Notes: generated by a model from the letters alone, not told the origin. DNA of 64,000 bases from Anaeromyxobacteraceae bacterium (GCA_032654565.1 JAULAX010000007.1:1-64000), one strand, 5' to 3'; shown: positions 48,973 to 58,998, numbered from the stretch's first letter. Numbers and translations: made by a program.

Positions 48973-51327
48973 TCACCCCTCCGTGGGCGGCGTCTCCAGC
49001 GACGACCGCAGGTAGACGAACTGGACGCCGCTCTGCATGTAGTTCTCGATGGTCTCCACCACCGTGGCCGTCTTCAGCCAGGCCGGGCCGGCCTCGACCA
49101 CCCGGGCCTCGATGAGCGAGGAGAGCGAGACGAAGCCGAGCCACTCGGCCCGGGCCCGGAAGGCGTCGAGGATCAGCCCCTCCACCTCGGCCTGGTTCTT
49201 CAGCTGCGGGTCGATGGCCACCGCCTGCAGGTAGATGCCGTTGTTGTCGCCGTAGCTGGGGTCGTCGCGGACGCCCAGCTCATCGTGGTTCTCCAGCGGG
49301 CTGCCGATGGCGTAGGCCACCAGCCGGCCGGAGACCCGGTCGCGCAGGCCGACGCCGACGGCGCGCAGGTGGCCGAGCGTCGCCTCCAGCGTCTCCGCCG
49401 GGTACTGCAGCAGCGGCCGGCGGCCGTCGGTGGAGCCGTACTGCTCGTCCTCCAGCTCGTGCACCTGGGGCATGAGCTGCTTGGTGGCCGGGCCGTTCAG
49501 GTCGACCACCTCCAGCGTCCCGAGCGGGATGTCGATGGGGCCGGGGCGGACCTCGGGGCCGTCGGCCACCGTGGCCGGGGCCGGGGCCCCCACCAGCTCG
49601 GCCACCGACTGGCGCAGGATGGTGAGCGCCTCCTGGATGGCCGAGGCCTCCATGTCGTAGCGCGGGTAGAAGCGGAGCGTCCGGTCGCCGGCCGGCAGCA
49701 GGATCAGCCCGTTGCGGAAGGCCCGCTCGCGCAGCCACTCGCGCCAGTCGGCCCGGACCACGTCGATGGCCAGCATGCAGCCCTGGCCGCGGGCGTTCTG
49801 CAGCAGGTCCTTGTAGTCCTTGGCCAGCTGCTCCAGCCCCTGCCGCGCCAGCTCGCCGGTGCGGTTCACCTGCTCGAGGTCGAGCCGGTCCAGGTAGCCG
49901 AGCAGCCGCAGCATGCCGACCGAGTCACCCTCCCAGGTGGTGTTGAACTTCTTCTCCTCCTGGAAGAACGTGGCCAGGTCCTCGCTGACGAAGAGCAGGC
50001 CGTTCTGCGCCTTCTTGGCCCAGACCACCACGTCGGGCGGGCAGGGCAGGTCGAAGAGCTCGTGGGCCCAGAGCTTGCCGGTGGCCCCCCAGCCGGTCTG
50101 CACCTCGTCGAACATCAGCGGCACGTCGTAGATGCGGGTCAGCAGCCGGAGCCGCTGGAAGAAGCTGGCGGAGGCGAACTTCAGGCCGCCCTCGCACTGG
50201 ATGGGCTCGACCAGGACGCCGGCGACCCGCAGGGCGCGCTTGAGCACGGCGGGGTCGATGAGGGCCCGCTGCAGCTCGACGAACTGCTTGACCATGGCCG
50301 GCCAGGCGGACCGGTCGGCGGGGAGGCGGGCCAGCAGCTCGTCGCAGGCCTTGAGCTGCCGCTTGAACTGCTCGAGCGGGCGCGGCGCGCCGGCCACCCG
50401 GCCGGTCACCAGCAGGGTCCAGACCTGCTCCAGGCTCTTCTCGTCGCGCCGCTGGGTGCGCCACTTGGAGCGCGGGTCCTCGACCGGGAAGAGGGCGTGC
50501 GGCCAGTCGAAGGTCGGGAAGCCGAGCCGGGCCTTGCGCTTGTGGGTGGCCGCCAGGCTGCCGAGGGTGCGGCCGTGGAAGGCCCCCTCGAAGGGGATGA
50601 TGAAGAAGCCCTGCTTGTCGGCCGCCGCCTCCGCCTGGCCGGGCTCGGCCGGGGTCATCTTCACCCGGTTGAGCAGGACCGCCTTGATGGCGTTCTCCAC
50701 CGCTTCGGCGCCGGTGTTGACGATGAAGAAGCGCGGGGTCCCGGCCGGGGCGATGCGGCCGAGCGCCGCCTTGATCTGGAGCGACAGCGTCGTCTGGTAC
50801 TCGGAGTGGGCGTAGCGCGAGGCCACGAAGGGCAGGCCGCGCAGCACGCTGGCCACCACGTCGAGGTCGTTCTCGCCGAAGGGCTGGGTGGCGATGAGGG
50901 CGCCGAGGTCCATGAAGCGGTAGGGCTCGCCGTTGGGGTCGCGGTCGACGGTGGCCAGGTAGGGCCCGACGCTCTCGGTGGGGTCGAAGGCCAGGGGGAG
51001 CGAGCTGAAGAGGCCGTTCCCGGCGGCGTCGAGGGCGGCCTGGGTGGCCGGCAGGTCGCGGGCCACCGCCTTCTCCAGCAGGGTCTCGGGGTCGGCGAAG
51101 CGGGGCGGCACCCGCACGTGGATGTCGCCGGCCCGGTAGCTGGCCTGGAGGGCGACGATCCGCTCCAGGTAGCGGTTGGCCTCGACCAGGGCGCTGGGGA
51201 GGGGGTCGATGAACGGGCGAGGCGCGGCGGGCGCGGGGGAGGCCGGCGGCGGCGGGCTGGCCTGGGGACGTGACGGGGTGCTGGTGACGGCGGTGGTGCT
51301 GGCGGTGGTGCTGGCGGTGGGAGTCAT
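48973..51327 (-). CDS. class III aminotransferase (lysine-epsilon/GABA-T subtype) fused to a C-terminal GNAT-like domain
   Basis: TGAEAVENAIK, FEGAFHGR, EPIQCEGG, DEVQTG, WAKKAQ, NTTWEGD; extra ~170-aa C-domain. Start uncertain. Confidence 0.85.
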   Translation of the reverse strand: MTPTASTTASTTAVTSTPSRPQASPPPPASPAPAAPRPFIDPLPSALVEANRYLERIVALQASYRAGDIHVRVPPRFADPETLLEKAVARDLPATQAALDAAGNGLFSSLPLAFDPTESVGPYLATVDRDPNGEPYRFMDLGALIATQPFGENDLDVVASVLRGLPFVASRYAHSEYQTTLSLQIKAALGRIAPAGTPRFFIVNTGAEAVENAIKAVLLNRVKMTPAEPGQAEAAADKQGFFIIPFEGAFHGRTLGSLAATHKRKARLGFPTFDWPHALFPVEDPRSKWRTQRRDEKSLEQVWTLLVTGRVAGAPRPLEQFKRQLKACDELLARLPADRSAWPAMVKQFVELQRALIDPAVLKRALRVAGVLVEPIQCEGGLKFASASFFQRLRLLTRIYDVPLMFDEVQTGWGATGKLWAHELFDLPCPPDVVVWAKKAQNGLLFVSEDLATFFQEEKKFNTTWEGDSVGMLRLLGYLDRLDLEQVNRTGELARQGLEQLAKDYKDLLQNARGQGCMLAIDVVRADWREWLRERAFRNGLILLPAGDRTLRFYPRYDMEASAIQEALTILRQSVAELVGAPAPATVADGPEVRPGPIDIPLGTLEVVDLNGPATKQLMPQVHELEDEQYGSTDGRRPLLQYPAETLEATLGHLRAVGVGLRDRVSGRLVAYAIGSPLENHDELGVRDDPSYGDNNGIYLQAVAIDPQLKNQAEVEGLILDAFRARAEWLGFVSLSSLIEARVVEAGPAWLKTATVVETIENYMQSGVQFVYLRSSLETPPTEG

Positions 51328-51598
51328 GGCGGTGCTCGATGCGGGTGGGGCGGGTGGGGAAGGGGCGACGGAGGCGGTGGCGGGCCGGCCGCCCCGTGGG
51401 CGGAGGGCGCCGGCCGGTGCGGGAGAGGGCGGCGAGGGTGGCCCGGGAACGGGCGGGAGCCGAGGCGGCGCGCGTGGTCACCCGGGCCTCCAGGTCGGCG
51501 CGGCCGAGGGGGTCGGGTACGCGGGGTCGACGTGGTCTGGTGGGAGCAGGGTGGTCATGGCGACGGGTCCGGGAGACGGGCCCAATCTACTCTGGGAC

Positions 51599-51614
51599 TG
51601 CACCCGTCATGCCA
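51599..51614 (-). promoter_or_regulatory. sigma-54 -24/-12 promoter (aminotransferase-ALDH-dehydrogenase operon)
   Basis: Minus strand TGGCAT-GACGG-GTGCA (GG-N10-GC). Confidence 0.75.
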
Positions 51615-51726
51615 TCACCCATCTGGGCTGGCAGCGGATGCATCATCCCAAGTTGCTGCCATCACAGGAGATTATCGGTGGGAGGGGCCCCGGATTTCGA
51701 GCCGACAATGCACGTATGGTGTAGTT

Positions 51727-51740
51727 ATGCGAATTCGCAT
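51727..51740. promoter_or_regulatory. candidate enhancer (UAS), ATGC-N6-GCAT
   Basis: Perfect palindrome ATGCGAATTCGCAT, with a weaker copy ATGCGCTCCTGCAC at 51750-51763. Confidence 0.7.
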
Positions 51741-51837
51741 TGACCGAAAATGCGCTCCTGCACGGGCCTGGGCGAGACCCGAAGGAGGGAGAGCCTGGAG
51801 CCCACCAGCGGCCCGGGGAGGGGCCACTCGGGGCCGA

Positions 51838-51876
51838 GAAAAGGAAGGGAGCCGGCCCCGTGAGGAACCGGCTCCC
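51838..51876 (-). terminator. intrinsic terminator of the pot-porin operon
   Basis: GGGAGCCGGTTCC-tcac-GGGGCCGGCTCCC followed by TTCCTTTT. Confidence 0.8.
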
Positions 51877-51896
51877 AGGTGACGCGTTGCGCTGGT

Positions 51897-53222
51897 CTAG
51901 AAGAAGACGACCACGCCGGTCGAGATCAGCGAGTTGGACTTGAGGTACTTGGGGTCGGCGCCGGTGCCGGTCAGCAGGTCCTTGTTGCCGAAGACCTTCT
52001 GGGTGGCGCCATCGTACCGGTACTCGAGCTTGAAGGTGGCGTTGCTGTCGATGGCGTAGCTCAGGCCGGCGGTGATGGCGTACTTGTTGGCCCCCGTCTT
52101 CCAGGACGGGTCGGTGTAGTCGGGGATCAGGGTGCCGGGGTTGGCCGGATCGTCGATGAAGGCGCCGCCGTTGGCCGGGCCGATGCCGTTGACGGCGTCG
52201 GGCGCGGTCCAGTCGAACAGGCCGCCGCCGTTCTTCTCGTTGGCGATGAAGTCGGCGCGCAGCACGCCTTCGAGGCGGGGGGTGAGCTTGTAGGCGGCCA
52301 GGATCGAGGCGCCATACCAGGAGGCGGTGCGCTGGTCGCCGGTGACCGGATCCGGGGTGATGGCGGCCTTGTCCTGCTGGCCGTAGGAGACCTGGCCGTT
52401 GAGCGTCAGGTCACCGCGGGTGTACCAGACGTCCACCTCGCCGGTGAGCGCCAGGGTGTCCTTGCCGCCGGCGAAGTTGGCCTTCTTGCCCGCCAGGCAG
52501 GCGAAGCCGACGCCCCAGAACTCGCCGCCGGAGTAGTCGCCGCGGCAGACGAAGACCGGGGTGCTCTCGCCGACCTGGCGGATGGGGGCGTTGACGTTGG
52601 CGAGCATCCCCTTGAACACCCACTTGCCGACCGCCTTCTCGATGCCGACGCCGGTGTAGACGTAGGGCAGGGTGAAGTCGAAGAGCAGGTTGTGGGTGAT
52701 GAGCTTGTTCTGGGTGGGCGGCAGGTACTCGTAGCCCGACCAGTCGGGCACCTGGCCGGCGAAGACCTTGCCGCCGATGGCCTCGACCGGGATGGAGACC
52801 GAGGCCTCGTGGACGATGTTGGCCCCGCCGATGAAGTCGCCGGTGGAGCGGGCCGGGATCAGGGTGAGGCGGAACTTGGTGCCGCCGTCGGTCTCCTTCT
52901 GGAGGTCGAGGGCCACCGAGCCGAAGTAGGAGTTGTCGTAGGCGTAGGGCTCGGTCGCGTTGGGCACCAGGAACTGGAACCCGCCGCGCTGCTTGTTGAC
53001 GTTGTAGATGTAGTTGATGTCGGCGTAGCCGGAGATCTTGAGGTTCTTGAAGCCGGAGGCGTCACGGCCGTCCTCGAGCGCCTCGGTCTTGACGGCGATG
53101 CGGTTGAACTCGGCCTGCTGCTCCTCGGTCATGCCGGCCGGCTTGGCGGTCTGGGCGGCGGCCTGGTTGGGGAAGGCGCTGGCCAGCGCCAGTGCCAGGA
53201 TGGTGAGCTTCAGGGTTCTCAT
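51897..53222 (-). CDS. outer-membrane beta-barrel protein (DUF3138-like putative porin)
   Basis: Signal peptide, alternating aromatic beta strands, KLEYRYD, terminal VVVFF; last gene of the pot operon. Confidence 0.75.
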   Translation of the reverse strand: MRTLKLTILALALASAFPNQAAAQTAKPAGMTEEQQAEFNRIAVKTEALEDGRDASGFKNLKISGYADINYIYNVNKQRGGFQFLVPNATEPYAYDNSYFGSVALDLQKETDGGTKFRLTLIPARSTGDFIGGANIVHEASVSIPVEAIGGKVFAGQVPDWSGYEYLPPTQNKLITHNLLFDFTLPYVYTGVGIEKAVGKWVFKGMLANVNAPIRQVGESTPVFVCRGDYSGGEFWGVGFACLAGKKANFAGGKDTLALTGEVDVWYTRGDLTLNGQVSYGQQDKAAITPDPVTGDQRTASWYGASILAAYKLTPRLEGVLRADFIANEKNGGGLFDWTAPDAVNGIGPANGGAFIDDPANPGTLIPDYTDPSWKTGANKYAITAGLSYAIDSNATFKLEYRYDGATQKVFGNKDLLTGTGADPKYLKSNSLISTGVVVFF

Positions 53223-53270
53223 GGGTGCGCTCCTCTGGTGGTGAGTCGGAAGTGGCATGAGGCGTGGTGG

Positions 53271-54128
53271 TCAGGCTCGTTGGGCAGCGGCCATCTCGGC
53301 GGCGCGGCGGCGCTCGTTGCGGGCGATGAACAGGCTGCCGGCCACCACGCCCACCGACACGATGCCGATGATGATGGCGGCCGCAGCATTGACGTCGGGT
53401 CGCATGCCCAGGCGGGCGCGCGAGAAGATGACGAGGGGCATGGTGGTGGCCCCGGGCCCGGAGAGGAAGGCCGAGAGCACCACGTCGTCGAGCGACAGGG
53501 TGAAGGTGAGCAGGAAGGCGGAGACCAGCGACTGGAAGATGAGCGGCAGCGTCACCAGGAAGAAGACCTGGATGGGCCGGGCCCCGAGGTCGGTGGCCGC
53601 CTCCTCCAGCTCCGGGTTGAGGTCCTGCAGGCGGGCCTGGATCACCACCGTGGCGTAGGCCAGCCCCAGCAGCAGGTGGCCCATCCAGATGGTGAGCAGG
53701 CCGCGCTCGGGGAAGCCGATCCAGCGCTGCATGGTGACCAGCATCAGCAGCAGCGACAGGCCGATGATCACCTCGGGCATCACCAGCGGCGCGTTGACCA
53801 TGCCGGAGAAGATGGTCCGGCCCATGAAGCGCCGGTACTTCACCAGGGTGAAGGCGGCCAGGATCCCCAGCACCACCGAGGCCAGGCCGGTGTAGGTGGC
53901 GATGCGCAGCGACAGCCAGAGCCCCTCGAGCAGCTCCCGGTCGTGGGCCAGGGCACGGTACCAGCGCAGCGAGACCCCGCCCCAGACCACCGGCAGCGGC
54001 GACTCGTTGAAGGAGTAGATGATGAGCGCCAGGATGGGCAGGTAGAGGAAGGCGAAGCCGGCCGCCAGCCAGCCCCGGGCCACCAGCCGGTTGAAGCTCC
54101 CGCCGTGGAGGAAGTGCCGGAAGGTCAC
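53271..54128 (-). CDS. potI: putrescine ABC permease PotI
   Basis: FLYLPI..LIIYSFN, APLVMPEVIIG, LEEAA.DLGA, FTLSLDD. Confidence 0.9.
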   Translation of the reverse strand: MTFRHFLHGGSFNRLVARGWLAAGFAFLYLPILALIIYSFNESPLPVVWGGVSLRWYRALAHDRELLEGLWLSLRIATYTGLASVVLGILAAFTLVKYRRFMGRTIFSGMVNAPLVMPEVIIGLSLLLMLVTMQRWIGFPERGLLTIWMGHLLLGLAYATVVIQARLQDLNPELEEAATDLGARPIQVFFLVTLPLIFQSLVSAFLLTFTLSLDDVVLSAFLSGPGATTMPLVIFSRARLGMRPDVNAAAAIIIGIVSVGVVAGSLFIARNERRRAAEMAAAQRA

Positions 54129-55084
54129 GCCCGCACCTCGGTGGCCTCGGCCTGGTACTTGTTGAAGAGGGCCAGGGGCACGATGATCAGCAGGATCACC
54201 ACCACCGCCACGCTCGAGGCCATGGGCCAGTCGTTGTTGGAGAAGAACTCGTCCCAGAGGACGCGGCCGATCATCAGGGTGCGCGGCCCGCCCAGCAGCT
54301 CGGGGATGACGTACTCGCCGATGCAGGGGATGAAGACCAGCATCGAGCCGGCGATGATCCCGGCCTTGGAGAGCGGCACGGTGATCTTCCAGAAGCCCAC
54401 CCAGGGGGTGGCGCCCAGGTCGGCGGCCGCCTCGAGCAGCCGCAGGTCCATCTTGGAGAGGGTGGCGTAGAGCGGCAGGATCATGAACGGCAGGTAGGTG
54501 TAGACCATGCCCACCGTCAGCGAGAACGGCGAGTTCATGAACTTGCCGGCCGCCGGGATGAGGTCGAAGGCGAGCAGCAGGTCGTCGACGTGGAGGGCGA
54601 CCAGCAGGTTGGCGACCCAGCCCCCGTCCATCAGCAGCCCCTTCCAGGCGTAGACCCGCAGCAGGAAGGAGGTCCAGAACGGCAGCATCACCATCATCAT
54701 CAGCGCCGGCTGCACCGAGGCCTTGGCGCGGGCCATGAAGTAGGCGAACGGGTAGCCGATGAAGAGGCACCAGAAGGTGGTCACCGCCGCGAACTTCAGG
54801 CTCGACCAGTAGGTCTGGACGTAGAGCCGGTCCTGCAGGAGGAAGAGGTAGTGGTTGAAGTTGATGACCAGCGAGGCGACCCCGTCCTGGAGCTTGGCCA
54901 CAGGCTGGAAGACCACCCCCTCCATGTCCTGCACGCTGATCTTCAGGATGATGAAGAACGGCAGGGCGAAGAAGATCAGCAGCCAGAGGTAGGGGACGAC
55001 GATGACCGCCTTCCGCCCGTGCTTGCGGAAGAAGGGATGCGCGTGCATCCGGTCGAAGAAGGAGGTGGCGAGCGGGCGGCTCAT
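54125..55084 (-). CDS. potH: putrescine ABC permease PotH
   Basis: PYLWL, LPFWTSFLLRVYAW, YLPFMILPLY, GEYVIPELLGG. Confidence 0.9.
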   Translation of the reverse strand: MSRPLATSFFDRMHAHPFFRKHGRKAVIVVPYLWLLIFFALPFFIILKISVQDMEGVVFQPVAKLQDGVASLVINFNHYLFLLQDRLYVQTYWSSLKFAAVTTFWCLFIGYPFAYFMARAKASVQPALMMMVMLPFWTSFLLRVYAWKGLLMDGGWVANLLVALHVDDLLLAFDLIPAAGKFMNSPFSLTVGMVYTYLPFMILPLYATLSKMDLRLLEAAADLGATPWVGFWKITVPLSKAGIIAGSMLVFIPCIGEYVIPELLGGPRTLMIGRVLWDEFFSNNDWPMASSVAVVVILLIIVPLALFNKYQAEATEVRA

Positions 55085-55103
55085 GGGGTGGTCGGGCCTG
55101 GCC

Positions 55104-56207
55104 TCACTGGGTGAGGACGACCTGGGCGGTGTCGGGCCAGGTGGCCCAGGCCACCTCGCCCTCCTCGGGTGCGTCGGCGCGGTGGCGCTCGACGTTGCTC
55201 TCGCTCACCTTGAGCCGCCGCCCGCCCTCCAGCTCCAGGTTGTAGACGGTGAAGCTGCCGAAGTAGGAGCGGTCGCGGACCGTGGCCTTGACCTGGTTGA
55301 CCTCGCCCTCCGGCTTCTCCCGGCTCAGCCGGATCTTCTCGGGGCGGACCGCCACGCTCACCGCCATGCCGACGTTGCCGGTGATGCCGTGGCCGACCCG
55401 GTGGCGGCAGTAGCCGCAGTCGATCTCCACCAGGTCCGGCTCGTCCACCACCACGGTGCCGTCCATCAGGTTGACGTTGCCGATGAAGTCGGCGACGAAC
55501 CGGGTGGCCGGGGTCTCGTAGATGTCGGCCGGCGGCCCCACCTGGAGGATCTCCCCCTCGCTCATGACGGCGATGCGGGTGGCCATGGTCATGGCCTCCT
55601 CCTGGTCATGCGTGACCATGACGCAGGTGACGCCCACCTCGTGGATGATGTTGACCAGCTCGACCTGGGTCTCCTCCCGCAGCTTCTTGTCGAGGGCGCC
55701 GAGCGGCTCGTCGAGCAGCATCAGCTGCGGCCGCTTGGCCAGGCTCCGGGCCAGGGCCACCCGCTGCTGCTGGCCGCCGGAGAGCTGGTGCGGCTTGCGC
55801 TTGGCGTACTTCTGCAGCTGCACCAGCTTGAGCATGGCCTCGACCCGCTGGGCCGTGGCGTCCTTGGCCATCCCCTCCCGCCGCAGCCCGAAGGCCACGT
55901 TGTCCCAGACCGTCAGGTGGGGGAAGAGCGCGTAGGACTGGAACATCATGTTGATGGGGCGCAGGTAGGGCGGCAGCCCGGCCAGGTCGAGGCCGTCGAG
56001 GAGGATCTGCCCCGAGGTCGGGGTCTCGAAGCCGGCCAGCATCCGCAGCAGCGTGGTCTTGCCGCAGCCGGAGGAGCCCAGCAGGGCGAAGATCTCGCCC
56101 TGCTGGATGCCGAGGCTGACGTGGTTGACGGCGACGGACCCGTTGCCGAAGTCCTTCACCACGTCGCGGATCTGCAGGTAGGCCTGTCCGGCCACGGCTG
56201 GGCTCAT
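55104..56207 (-). CDS. potG: putrescine ABC ATPase PotG
   Basis: [50 protein letters not shown]. Confidence 0.92.
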   Translation of the reverse strand: MSPAVAGQAYLQIRDVVKDFGNGSVAVNHVSLGIQQGEIFALLGSSGCGKTTLLRMLAGFETPTSGQILLDGLDLAGLPPYLRPINMMFQSYALFPHLTVWDNVAFGLRREGMAKDATAQRVEAMLKLVQLQKYAKRKPHQLSGGQQQRVALARSLAKRPQLMLLDEPLGALDKKLREETQVELVNIIHEVGVTCVMVTHDQEEAMTMATRIAVMSEGEILQVGPPADIYETPATRFVADFIGNVNLMDGTVVVDEPDLVEIDCGYCRHRVGHGITGNVGMAVSVAVRPEKIRLSREKPEGEVNQVKATVRDRSYFGSFTVYNLELEGGRRLKVSESNVERHRADAPEEGEVAWATWPDTAQVVLTQ

Positions 56208-56243
56208 CGGGCTTCCGGTCGCTGGGGGAACGGTGGACGCGGC

Positions 56244-57368
56244 CTAGAGGCCGGTCTTGAAGGTGGTGTAGATGCGGGTCATGGCGCGGCGCGAGTCGTT
56301 GCTGAGCGCGCCGGGCAGCCCCATCTTCTTCATGTCCGCGTCGCCCGGGAAGACGGTGGGGTTGCTGGCCACCTCGGGCTTCACGAACTTCATCCCCGCC
56401 TTGTTGGGGTTGGCGTAGAAGACCTTGTTGGTGAGCGAGGCGCCGACCTCGGGGCGCATGATGTAGTTGATGAACTTGTGCGCGTTGCCCGGGTGCGGGG
56501 CGTCGACCGGGATGGCCATGGTGTCCATGAAGATGACGCCGCCGGTCTTGGGCATGAGGCACTCGATGTTCTGGCCGGTCTTGCCCTCGGCGGCGCGCTT
56601 CTTGGCGATGTTGATGTCGCCCGACCAGCCCAGGGCCACGCAGATGGAGCCGTTGGCCATGTCGTTGATGTAGCCGGAGGAGCTGAAGAGGGTGACGTAG
56701 GGGCGGACCTTGGCGAGCAGGTCGGCGGTGCCGGCGTAGTTGGCCACGTCCTTGGAGTAGGCCTTCTTGCCGAGGTAGTGGGCCGCGGCCGGGACGATCT
56801 CGGTGGAGGAGTCGAGGAAGCTGACGCCGCAGGACTTGAGCTTCGCCATGTACTCCGGCTTGAAGACCAGGTCCCAGGCGTTCTCCGGCATGGGCATGCC
56901 GCCCAGCGCCTTCTTCACCTTGTCGACGTTGATGCCCACCGTGGTGTAGCCCCACAGCCAGTCGACCAGGTACTGGTTGCCCGGGTCCATCTCCTCGAGC
57001 GCCTTCAAGATGACCGGGTCGAGGTTCTTCCAGTTGGAGAGCTGCGCCTTGTCGAGCTTCTTGAGCAGGCCGCCCTCGAGCTGCATCTTCCCGAAGTAGG
57101 AGGAGGGCACCACGATGTCGTAGCCGGTGCGGCCGGCCACCAGCTTGGCGTGGAGGACCTCGTTGGAGTCGAAGTTGTCGTACCGGACCTTGATGCCGGT
57201 CTCCTTCTCGAAGTTCTCGATGGTGTCGTCGGCGATGTAGTCGGACCAGTTGTAGATGTTGAGGACCTTCTCCTCCTCGGCGCGGGCCGAGGCGACGGAG
57301 AGCAGGGTGCAGGCCAGGGCGAGACGGGCGAGGATGGCGAGACGGCGGGGCGATGACATCGGGTTCAT
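56244..57368 (-). CDS. potF: putrescine/polyamine-binding protein PotF
   Basis: YNWSDYI, FDSNE, GYDIVVPS, WGYT, GWSGD, AHKFINY. Confidence 0.9.
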   Translation of the reverse strand: MNPMSSPRRLAILARLALACTLLSVASARAEEEKVLNIYNWSDYIADDTIENFEKETGIKVRYDNFDSNEVLHAKLVAGRTGYDIVVPSSYFGKMQLEGGLLKKLDKAQLSNWKNLDPVILKALEEMDPGNQYLVDWLWGYTTVGINVDKVKKALGGMPMPENAWDLVFKPEYMAKLKSCGVSFLDSSTEIVPAAAHYLGKKAYSKDVANYAGTADLLAKVRPYVTLFSSSGYINDMANGSICVALGWSGDINIAKKRAAEGKTGQNIECLMPKTGGVIFMDTMAIPVDAPHPGNAHKFINYIMRPEVGASLTNKVFYANPNKAGMKFVKPEVASNPTVFPGDADMKKMGLPGALSNDSRRAMTRIYTTFKTGL

Positions 57369-57568
57369 GCTCAAGCCTCCAGGTTCACGGTTGGTTTCCA
57401 GGCAGGTCACGGTCAAGGCGTGCGATCAGGGGGTGCCGGTGGTCGGGCCGTGGGCGGTACTCTGCCACGGGGCCGCGCAGGGCGATGCGCGCAGTTTGGG
57501 CTCCGGGTGGGCTGTGCCACCGAATCCCCGCTCTTCCGGACGGCGTCCTGGTCACACGCCAAACGGGT

Positions 57569-57584
57569 AGCACGCGTTGTGCCA
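57569..57584 (-). promoter_or_regulatory. sigma-54 -24/-12 promoter (potFGHI-porin)
   Basis: Minus strand TGGCAC-AACGC-GTGCT. Confidence 0.8.
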
Positions 57585-57653
57585 TGACCGGGGGAATCGG
57601 GGCGGGGCCTCTTCAGCCACAAGTGGTCCTGATGACGGGCGGTTGTATTTCCC

Positions 57654-57685
57654 AAAGGCATGGATCGGCCCGCCGAGCCTATGCC
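57654..57685 (-). terminator. possible terminator after gabT
   Basis: Imperfect hairpin GGCATAGGCTCGGC-gg-GCCGATCCATGCC followed by TTT; overlaps a weak UAS half-site. Confidence 0.4.
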
Positions 57686-57700
57686 AGAACGCCCTGCGTC

Positions 57701-57714
57701 ATGCGGCCGCGCAT
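57701..57714. promoter_or_regulatory. candidate enhancer (UAS), ATGC-N6-GCAT
   Basis: ATGCGGCCGCGCAT, about 117 bp upstream of the -24 box. Confidence 0.7.
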
Positions 57715-57729
57715 GGTCGGCGGACCGGT

Positions 57730-58998
57730 TCACGCGGTGAGGGCCCGCTCCAGGATGGCCAGCCCCTCTTCGAAGACCGCCTCCTGGATGGTGAGCGGGA
57801 AGAGGAAGCGGATGACGTTGGCGTGGACGCCGCAGGTGAGGAGGACCAGCCCCTGCTCCAGGGCCCGGGCCTGCACCTGCTTGGCGAGGTCGGCGTCCGG
57901 CCCGCCGCCCCCCGGCTTCATGAACTCCACCGCCAGCATCGCGCCCGGGCCGCGGATCTCGGCGATGGCCGGCACCCGCGGCCGGAGCGCCTCGAGCCGC
58001 GCGGTCAGCCGCCCCCCCAGCAGGTTGGCCCGCGCCACCAGCTGCTCCTCCTCGATGACGTCGAGCACGGCATGGGCCGCGGCGATGGCCAGCGGGTTGC
58101 CGGCGTAGGTGCCGCCCAGGCCGCCCGGGGCCGGCGCGTCCATCAGCGCGGTGCGCCCCACCACGCCGGAGATGGGGAGCCCGGCCCCCAGCGACTTGGC
58201 CACCGTCATCAGGTCGGGGAGCACCTGGTGGTGGTCCATGGCGAACCAGCGGCCGGTGCGAGCGAAGCCGGTCTGGATCTCGTCGGCGATGAGCAGGATG
58301 CCGTGCTCGTCGCACTCGGCCCGCAGCGCCTGCATCAGCGCCGGCGGCGCCGGGTAGAAGCCCCCCTCGCCCTGCACCGGCTCGATGATGATGGCCGCCA
58401 CCCGCTTCGGGTCGACGTCGGCCTTGAAGAGCCGGTGGAGCGCCTCGATCGACTCGGCCACGGTGACGCCGTGGAGCGCCATGGGGAAGGGGATGTGCCA
58501 GACGTCGCCGGGGAAGGGGCCGAACCCGACCTTGTAGGGCACCACCTTGCCGGTCAGCGCCATGGTCATCATGGTCCGGCCGTGGAAGGAGCCGGAGAAG
58601 GCGATGACGCCGGGGCGGCCGGTGGCGGCCCGGGCGATCTTGACGGCGTTCTCCACCGCCTCGGCCCCGGTGGAGAAGAAGGTGGCCTTCTTGGCGTGGG
58701 TGCCGGGGGTGAGCTTGATGAGCCGCTCGGCCAGCGCCACGTAGGACTCGTAGGCCGCCACCTGGTAGGCGGTGTGGGTGAAGGCGTCGAGCTGGGCCCG
58801 CAGCGCCGCCACCACCCGGGGGTGGCGGTGGCCGGTGTTGAGCACGGCGATGCCGCCGGCGAAGTCGATGTAGCGCCGCCCCTCGACATCCCAGAGCTCG
58901 CTGTTCTCGGCCCGCTGCACGAAGAAGGGGGTGGTGATGCCCACGCCGCGCGGCGTGGCCGCCTCCCGGCGCGCCTTGAGGCTGGCGTTGTCGCTCAT
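57730..58998 (-). CDS. gabT: 4-aminobutyrate--2-oxoglutarate transaminase
   Basis: IDFAGGIAVLNTGHRHP, TGAEAVENAVKIAR, EPVQGEGGF, DEIQTGFARTG, GGLGGTYAGNP. Confidence 0.95.
   Translation of the reverse strand: MSDNASLKARREAATPRGVGITTPFFVQRAENSELWDVEGRRYIDFAGGIAVLNTGHRHPRVVAALRAQLDAFTHTAYQVAAYESYVALAERLIKLTPGTHAKKATFFSTGAEAVENAVKIARAATGRPGVIAFSGSFHGRTMMTMALTGKVVPYKVGFGPFPGDVWHIPFPMALHGVTVAESIEALHRLFKADVDPKRVAAIIIEPVQGEGGFYPAPPALMQALRAECDEHGILLIADEIQTGFARTGRWFAMDHHQVLPDLMTVAKSLGAGLPISGVVGRTALMDAPAPGGLGGTYAGNPLAIAAAHAVLDVIEEEQLVARANLLGGRLTARLEALRPRVPAIAEIRGPGAMLAVEFMKPGGGGPDADLAKQVQARALEQGLVLLTCGVHANVIRFLFPLTIQEAVFEEGLAILERALTA

Noticed and set aside
51478..51480. Selenocysteine recoding at the in-frame TGA (also TGA 30240-30242)
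   Set aside because: The context is low-complexity, with no Cys-equivalent catalytic position and no recognisable SECIS.
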